From Nannocystales bacterium (GTDB lineage: Bacteria; Myxococcota_A; Polyangia; Nannocystales; Nannocystaceae): a DNA stretch of 64,000 nt. The stretch is from contig JBOEGF010000010.1 in the NCBI GenBank assembly GCA_050633305.1, positions 224,001 to 288,000 of the forward strand. The letters are read 5' to 3'. The notes under the pieces are model-generated. The model had not been told where the DNA came from, ran no database searches, and was given only the letters and a program-made list of their open reading frames with translations. How positions within the stretch are numbered: position 1 is the stretch's first letter; every line of letters begins with the position of its first letter. This document shows positions 58,268 to 64,000 of this stretch, piece after piece. A program made the translations under genes and the position numbers.

Positions 58268-59008
58268 TCACCGGACGCTCATGCTGATGATGCGGGTGAG
58301 CAGCGGAAACTCGGCGAGATAGGCTTCACCGTCGGTACTGAGCTTCCCCTGAGACGGGCCTCGTCCTCGGGGACCTCCTTCCCCGTAACCCGTGTAGATC
58401 TGGTCCACGATGTCCATGCCCTCGACGACGTGCCCGATCGGAGTGAACCCCATGGTGTCCAGCTGAGGGTTGTCAGCGAGGTTGATGAACAGCTGCGTCG
58501 TCGCGGTGTCGGGCTGAGAAGTCTTGGCGAAGACGACCGTTCCCCGGAGGTTCGAGGTGGTCACGGGGTCGTCAGAGATCGTCGCGGACTTCCACAACCG
58601 ATTCACCTCGGGGTCTCCGTGGACACCGAACTGGACCATGAACCCTGCGATCGCCCGGTAGAACGTTGCGTTGTCGTAGTAGCCAAGCATCGCGAGGTTG
58701 TAGAAACGGTGGGCGCCATGCGGTGCTTGGTTGCTGTCCACACGGATGACGAACTTCCCCACGCTGGTCTCGACGGCTGCCTCGTAGTGTGGAGGCGGCT
58801 GGAGGGTCGCGTTCTCGGGATGGGGTCGGGGCCTAACCGCGGGGGGCGCAGAAGCGGGCGCTGCTCGGGCCGGGGCGGGCTGGGCGTCGGCGGCTCGCGC
58901 CAGCCGGGGTTCCGCGGGCGCCGCCGGGGGAACCGGACTCGGAGCCGGTGTCGGCGGGGCGCTTGTGCAGCCCGAGAATGCGAGACAGAGCAGCCCCAAG
59001 CGACGCAT
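58268..59008 (-). CDS. Cyclophilin-type peptidyl-prolyl isomerase lipoprotein
   Basis: Lipobox AFSGC; FYRAIAGFMVQFG; QLFINLADN; GHVVEGMDIVD. Confidence 0.93.
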   Translation of the reverse strand: MRRLGLLCLAFSGCTSAPPTPAPSPVPPAAPAEPRLARAADAQPAPARAAPASAPPAVRPRPHPENATLQPPPHYEAAVETSVGKFVIRVDSNQAPHGAHRFYNLAMLGYYDNATFYRAIAGFMVQFGVHGDPEVNRLWKSATISDDPVTTSNLRGTVVFAKTSQPDTATTQLFINLADNPQLDTMGFTPIGHVVEGMDIVDQIYTGYGEGGPRGRGPSQGKLSTDGEAYLAEFPLLTRIISMSVR

Positions 59009-59115
59009 GTGGGCAATTTACAAGGATCTCTCGGCGAAGGGGGCCTACCGGTCGATCCGGACCGGGCCGGGGTTCGTATCGTGGCAGAGACTCTTGTAGG
59101 GTTTCGTTCTTTACC

Positions 59116-59835
59116 GTGTCTTTCCTTGCTCATCGCCGGTTTCGCCGAGCTCACGCGTTGCTCCTGTGCACGTTGTGGCTCGTCGGATTCGAGATTGGGC
59201 CGGGCCTACATGTCGCGCTCCACTCCGTCATCGGGCACCACCACCATGGCCCCGCGACGGCTGCGCACGAGCACCCGCGGACAGCGGCTGCGGTCGACCG
59301 TGGAGAGGCGGAGCATCACGAGCACGCGCACCGCGAGGGCTCGCACCATGGGGACGAGCCCTCGCACCATGAACACCACGGGCACGAACCCGCGCACCAT
59401 GGGGACGAGCCCTCGCACCACGGGCACCATGGGGACGGGAGCTCGCGCCATGGACACCACGGGGATGAGCCCGCGCACCACGGGGACGAGCTCTCGGATG
59501 GCCACGATGAGCCCGAGGCGCACCATGCTCATGCCGCGGTCGAGGAACACGTCGGGGTCGAGGAGCAGGCCGCCACCGACGATGCTCCCGAGCATCCAGC
59601 GCCGCTGTTGGGTCGTGAAGACGAGGCAGCCGTCGCTCGATGTCTCAACGACCCAAGCCACGGCGCACATGCTTTCGTCCACCGTGGGACGGCGGCGAGC
59701 CCCACCCCGGAAGCATGGCCACCCGTTGCGGCGGCTCCGTGGGTCTACCTGAGCCGAGCTTCGTTCGCGCTCGAACCGATTCGCTCTCGAGCACCGCAGT
59801 GTGTGCGTGCGCGGGGCCCTCCGAACCTGAGCTGA
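59116..59835 (+). CDS. His-rich leader protein ending in RGPP (DUF2946/CruR-like)
   Basis: N-terminal hydrophobic helix; HHGDEP repeats; RARGPPNLS-stop; lies upstream of a TonB receptor operon; start uncertain. Confidence 0.7.
   Translation: MSFLAHRRFRRAHALLLCTLWLVGFEIGPGLHVALHSVIGHHHHGPATAAHEHPRTAAAVDRGEAEHHEHAHREGSHHGDEPSHHEHHGHEPAHHGDEPSHHGHHGDGSSRHGHHGDEPAHHGDELSDGHDEPEAHHAHAAVEEHVGVEEQAATDDAPEHPAPLLGREDEAAVARCLNDPSHGAHAFVHRGTAASPTPEAWPPVAAAPWVYLSRASFALEPIRSRAPQCVRARGPPNLS
59342..59495 (+). repeat. Imperfect in-frame tandem repeat encoding HHGDEP(S/A)
   Basis: 28-nt CGCACCATGGGGACGAGCCCTCGCACCA at 59342 and 59393 plus degenerate copies. Confidence 0.85.
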
Positions 59836-59852
59836 ACAACCCAGCTCATTTT
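59828..59852 (+). terminator. Terminator-like hairpin overlapping the leader stop codon (candidate attenuator)
   Basis: TGAGCTG-AACAACC-CAGCTCA then TTTT. Confidence 0.5.
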
Positions 59853-59889
59853 CTGACGACTCCACGCTTTTCTCGAGAGGGGGGCTTCC

Positions 59890-60675
59890 ATGTACGGAAC
59901 CCGCTTTTGGATCGCATGCACCGTTCTGTCGTGCACTGCGGCCTGTGATTTAGAGACATCGCTTGCGCCTCGCGTCGACCTCGACGTGGTGGTGCAGGCC
60001 ACCGAACACGCATTTTCCACCGAAGACACACAGATCGAACTGACGGAGGCCCGGCTGGCCCTGCAAACCGTCGAGTTCACGACCGAGGGCGAAATGCACG
60101 CTCGTACGGGCCTGCTTCCAACCCTGCACGACCTGGTCGTGCCCACCGCCATCGCGCACCCTGGGCACAGCGCAGGGGGGGAGGTCGTCGGCGAGTTGGT
60201 CGGTCGACACGTCGTCGACTTCCTGGACGCCGGCTCGAGCATCGGCACCGCAACGCTGTTGGATGCTCACTACTCCGGGGCGAACTTCACCTTCATCACC
60301 GCCGAGGCGTCGGACGGCTTGGCGGCCGACGACCCACTCCTCGGCCACACGTTTCTGCTTGCTGGAACGGCGAGGCGCGAAGGGGACGAGGTTCAGTTCG
60401 TCGCGTACGTCGACCAGGACGAGGACCGCTCGATCATCGGCCTACCGCTGAGCTTCACGGCAACGGAAAGCTCAATCGAGCAGCTCGCGCTTCGCTTCGA
60501 CGCGGTGGATCCGGTTGAAGGCGACACGATCTTCGCAGACATCGACATCGTTTCGCTCGATGAAGACGGCGACGGGTTCGTGGAAATCTCGGCCGAGGAG
60601 AACTCCGAAGCCTGGGCCAACCTCCGACGTAATCTGCAAGTCCATGACCACTACGCGGTGGAGGTGGTCGAATGA
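59890..60675 (+). CDS. Putative metal-binding lipoprotein
   Basis: Lipobox TAAC; AHPGH motif; C-terminal HDHY. Confidence 0.75.
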   Translation: MYGTRFWIACTVLSCTAACDLETSLAPRVDLDVVVQATEHAFSTEDTQIELTEARLALQTVEFTTEGEMHARTGLLPTLHDLVVPTAIAHPGHSAGGEVVGELVGRHVVDFLDAGSSIGTATLLDAHYSGANFTFITAEASDGLAADDPLLGHTFLLAGTARREGDEVQFVAYVDQDEDRSIIGLPLSFTATESSIEQLALRFDAVDPVEGDTIFADIDIVSLDEDGDGFVEISAEENSEAWANLRRNLQVHDHYAVEVVE

Positions 60676-61451
60676 AGCGCATGTTCGTGATCGCAGGCCT
60701 GCTGCTGTGCGCATGTGACGATGCCTCCGACGGCGAGGGCACACTTCGAGTCACCGCGTGGGGTGAAGCGTTCATCGAGGAGGGCATTCCTGAGGATGCC
60801 TTCGTGGACGGCTGGAGCGTGACGTTTGATGCGTTCGTCGTTTCGGTCGGTGCCATTGACGCCCAAGGGGCTGCGTTGCCGGGGACGTACGTGGTCGACC
60901 TCGCTCGGCCCAGCGGAGGCGCGGGCCAAGAACTCGGACCGCTGACCGTTCCGGCTGGGCAAGCTCCAGCCTTGTCGTGGTCGCTCGTCGCGGCGAGCGG
61001 GGACGCGGTCACCGACCTGGACGGCGACGTGCTCGACGCGATGGTGGGCGCGGATGCTTCGATCTGGGCTCGGGGCGTCGCGACGCGGGGGAACGAAGTG
61101 AAGACCTTCGATTGGGCGCTGGACGTCCCGGCCACCTACGTGGACTGCGACCCCGGCGTCTCGGTCGGGACAGACCAGAGTACCGACGGTGTGCTGACGG
61201 TGCACGCGGACCACCTGTTCTACGACGACCTGGACTCGGAGGAGCCTGGTGTCGCGTTCGATCTCATCGCGGCCTCGGATGCCGACGGGGACGGCGCAAT
61301 CACGATGGCTGAACTGCGAGCGCAGAGTCTCTCGGGTCAGACGCGTTACCAGGTGGGCGGCCGAGACATCGCGGACCTGCACGGGTTCATCCTCGCGCAG
61401 GCTCGGACGGTCGGTCACATCAACGGAGAAGGGCACTGCGAGATCGAGTGA
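60672..61451 (+). CDS. Putative metal-binding lipoprotein
   Basis: Lipobox LLCAC; HADHLF; EF-hand-like DADGDGAITMAEL; GHINGEGHC; ATGA overlap. Confidence 0.78.
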   Translation: MKRMFVIAGLLLCACDDASDGEGTLRVTAWGEAFIEEGIPEDAFVDGWSVTFDAFVVSVGAIDAQGAALPGTYVVDLARPSGGAGQELGPLTVPAGQAPALSWSLVAASGDAVTDLDGDVLDAMVGADASIWARGVATRGNEVKTFDWALDVPATYVDCDPGVSVGTDQSTDGVLTVHADHLFYDDLDSEEPGVAFDLIAASDADGDGAITMAELRAQSLSGQTRYQVGGRDIADLHGFILAQARTVGHINGEGHCEIE

Positions 61452-61488
61452 TCCCGCCGCTGCCTGACCCCGTACCCATGATGAGCCG

Positions 61489-63588
61489 ATGATCGGTTGG
61501 ACCCTCGCAGCGGCGATCGCAAGCCGCATTGCCCACCCCCCCGCGGACGTGCCCACAGAGCCCGTCCCCGTGGAGGAGATCGGTGCGCCCGCGGACGACT
61601 CGGACGCAGGAACGGTGCGAGAAGTGATCGTGCACCGGGAAGCCGATCAGCTCAGCGCGAGCGCGGTGACCGTAGGACGCCGCGAGATCGACACGATGCC
61701 CAAGCGCGGCGCAGAGGATCTTCTGCGCCACATTCCGGGCATGCACATCGTGCAACACGGCGGGCAGGGCAAGGGCTACCAGTTCTACCTCCGCGGTTTC
61801 GATGCGGTCCACGGTGCAGACGTCGAAACCAAGCTCGGCGACGTCCCGATCAACGAGGCGTCCAACGTGCACGCGCACGGCTACCTCGACCTTTCGTTCA
61901 TCATCCCCGAGGCTGTCGAGGGGGTCGATGCGACGAAAGGGTCGTACCGCCTCGAGCAGGGCAACTTCGGCACGGCGGGCAGCATCCGATATCGACTCGG
62001 TGTGCCGCAGCGCGGCACGCGGGCCACGTACGAGTTTGGCTCAACCCTCCGCCACCGTATCTCACTGGTGCACGCCCCCGAGCGCCGCGGCAAGGAGACC
62101 TTCCTCGCCTTCGAAGCGATGGACGACCAGGGCTACGGGCAGCGTCGACACGCCCAACGTCTGAGCACCATCGGGCAGGCGCTGCTCTACAAGGGACGAG
62201 GGACCACCGTCACCGCGATGGGGGCGCTGTATGGCGCCCGGTTCGAGCTTCCCGGAACGGTTCGTCTGGACGACGTGCGGCGTGGAGACGTCGGCTTGTA
62301 CGACAGCTACACCGACGACTCCGTCGGTGAGTCCGCGCGCGCGATCGCCTCGATGCAGGTCAAGACCAACCGCGGCCGTGTGCGCTCTCGGACGTCCGCG
62401 TGGGTCCAGGCCCGCCGCTTCTCGCTCGATGAGAACTTCACCGGGGACCTGCTGTTCGAGGAGATCGGCGACCGCCACCGCCAGCTTCATGCTGCCGTCA
62501 GCCCGGGTGTCTCGACCCAGCTCGACATCCGCGTGCATCCTCAAGTCGAGATCCCGGTCCACGCCCGGTGGCAGGTGGACATCGCCGAGCAATCGACCGA
62601 CCAACTCACGGCGGAGGGCCGAACCTGGGATACGCCGCGAGACCTCGCGTTCGTGCAGCACGGACTGTCGTTGGGCACAGGCGTTCGCACGACGCCGACG
62701 TCATGGATGATGTTCGAAGCGGGGGGCCGGGTTGACGTCTTTGCCACTCAGGTTCGCGACCGGATCCAGGAGCGCGACTTCGGTGGGGCGAGGGCCGCTG
62801 TCTCTCCCCGAGCGATGACGAAGTTCATGCCCTTCGATCGCTGGCAGCTTTTTGCCGCTTATGGCCGAGGCGTGCGGTCGCCCGAGGCACGGGCGTACAC
62901 GCTGCCCACCCAAGCCGTGGAGAACGAAGACCTCAGCCGATACGCTGGTGGTCAGGCGCGCGTCACCCAGAGCGACAGCGTCGAGGTCGGAACGCGCGTA
63001 CAGCCCGGGATTCTCGATGTCGGCGTCGCCGGGTTTGGCACCTGGATCGATCGCGAGTCGGTGTTCGACCATGTTTCGGGCTTCAATGTCGAACGCTCGG
63101 CAACCCAGCGGCTCGGCGTCGAGGGCGACGTTCAGCTACACCCCACCTCGTGGCTCGACTTTGGGGCGGACGTCACCTGGGCGCGCGGGCGCTTCGTCAG
63201 CAGTGGCTCCCCGATCCCCGGGGCCCCTCCGCTCATCGTCACCGCGAAGGCCTCCATGGCGCATCCCAAGGGATTCCGTGCAGGGGTCCGGTGGTTCTTG
63301 CTCGGTGCGCGGCCGCTGAGCTACGGCGCTGTCGCGGCCCCGGCCACAGTCATGGATCTGAATGTCGGGTATCGCTATCGCTGGGCGCAGCTCGACCTGT
63401 CGATCGACAACGTGTGGAACCAGCAGTGGCGGGAGGGGGAGTACCACTTCGCCTCGCACTGGGGCGCGGACCGGCCGCGCAGTCAGCTCCCAACGGTGCA
63501 TGGGGTTGCGGGCAATCCGTTCACCGCCCGCGTTGCGCTGACGCTGCACTTCGATGCGATGGGACGAAACAAATCCTCGGGCCGGTAA
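61489..63588 (+). CDS. TonB-dependent outer-membrane receptor
   Basis: Plug LLRHIPGM...QHGGQGKGYQFYLRGFDAVHG...HAHGYLD; C-terminal barrel strands. Confidence 0.92.
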   Translation: MIGWTLAAAIASRIAHPPADVPTEPVPVEEIGAPADDSDAGTVREVIVHREADQLSASAVTVGRREIDTMPKRGAEDLLRHIPGMHIVQHGGQGKGYQFYLRGFDAVHGADVETKLGDVPINEASNVHAHGYLDLSFIIPEAVEGVDATKGSYRLEQGNFGTAGSIRYRLGVPQRGTRATYEFGSTLRHRISLVHAPERRGKETFLAFEAMDDQGYGQRRHAQRLSTIGQALLYKGRGTTVTAMGALYGARFELPGTVRLDDVRRGDVGLYDSYTDDSVGESARAIASMQVKTNRGRVRSRTSAWVQARRFSLDENFTGDLLFEEIGDRHRQLHAAVSPGVSTQLDIRVHPQVEIPVHARWQVDIAEQSTDQLTAEGRTWDTPRDLAFVQHGLSLGTGVRTTPTSWMMFEAGGRVDVFATQVRDRIQERDFGGARAAVSPRAMTKFMPFDRWQLFAAYGRGVRSPEARAYTLPTQAVENEDLSRYAGGQARVTQSDSVEVGTRVQPGILDVGVAGFGTWIDRESVFDHVSGFNVERSATQRLGVEGDVQLHPTSWLDFGADVTWARGRFVSSGSPIPGAPPLIVTAKASMAHPKGFRAGVRWFLLGARPLSYGAVAAPATVMDLNVGYRYRWAQLDLSIDNVWNQQWREGEYHFASHWGADRPRSQLPTVHGVAGNPFTARVALTLHFDAMGRNKSSGR

Positions 63589-63654
63589 GTCGGATCGGCC
63601 GGATGGTATGGGAACCTTTCCCGGTTCTGTCCGAGCAACCCGGGCGCGTCCGTC

Positions 63655-64000
63655 ATGAAATCGTCAAGCCGACTCCCCCTGTTCGCTTTGCTTCTCGCGG
63701 GTGCGGCCGTGTTCTTGTGGTGGGTTGCTCGCCCCGATTCCGCGGAGAGCCAAGAGGACGGTGTTGCCGCCGCGCAGGTCGCGGGTGCGGGCAAAGGTCG
63801 GGGCGGAAGTTCGAGCGACAAGCCCAAGCTTCCTCGCCAGAGTGCACTCGAGCTTCAGGAGGCCCCGAAGGCATCGATCGCCGGGGTCGTTCGCACAGCC
63901 GGCGGAAAACCGCTTCTGGGAGCGAGGGTCTGTGCGTTCGTCGTCGGGCAGGAGACGACTCGGCCGCGCGAAGCACCGTGCGTTGCCTCGACCGTGGATG
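63655..64000 (+). CDS. Partial membrane-anchored protein (carboxypeptidase regulatory-like domain), cut by the window end
   Basis: MKSSSRLPLFALLLAGAAVFLWW; SIAGVVRTAGGKPLLGARVC. Confidence 0.6.
   Translation, partial: MKSSSRLPLFALLLAGAAVFLWWVARPDSAESQEDGVAAAQVAGAGKGRGGSSSDKPKLPRQSALELQEAPKASIAGVVRTAGGKPLLGARVCAFVVGQETTRPREAPCVASTVD

Noticed and set aside
59342..59495. CRISPR or non-coding repeat array
   Set aside because: Unit lengths are multiples of three and in frame with the His-rich ORF

Overview
High-GC, gene-dense bacterial DNA. The many Cys/Asp-rich lipoproteins, cysteine-rich repeats, a MYXO-CTERM-like tail, a Hanks kinase and PilZ proteins suggest a myxobacterium, probably Nannocystaceae-like (inference). 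About 60 CDS are supported, including trmL, fabH-like, rsgA, rluF, rluE, aqpZ, a FIST-kinase-regulator operon, a TetR/ABC exporter, a KshA/Neverland-like Rieske oxygenase and a TonB-dependent metal-uptake operon. I saw no transposase, integrase, CRISPR array, rRNA or canonical tRNA. The standout locus is 12172-13401: an uncharacterised helical protein gene followed by a ~480-nt structured RNA that ends in an intrinsic terminator. The RNA holds two circularly permuted tRNA-like cloverleaves, one with an encoded CCA and an apparent compensatory G19-C56 to U19-A56 change. It also has a long multi-helix stalk and single-stranded 6-nt AAACTC-type repeats. This looks like a protein plus tRNA-mimic RNA system resembling Y RNA or two-piece tmRNA, but with no Ro60 or SmpB gene in the window. 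Other notable loci: (1) a lipoprotein with LDL-receptor class A repeats and a putative ADP-ribosyltransferase tip (7667-9016); (2) a His-rich leader ending in RGPP whose stop overlaps a terminator-like hairpin ahead of the metal-uptake operon (59116-59852); (3) a GspC-like/MepA fusion; (4) a zinc ribbon inserted in a kinase DHp domain. All family names come from recognising motifs by eye; no searches were run. Start codons were picked by inspection.
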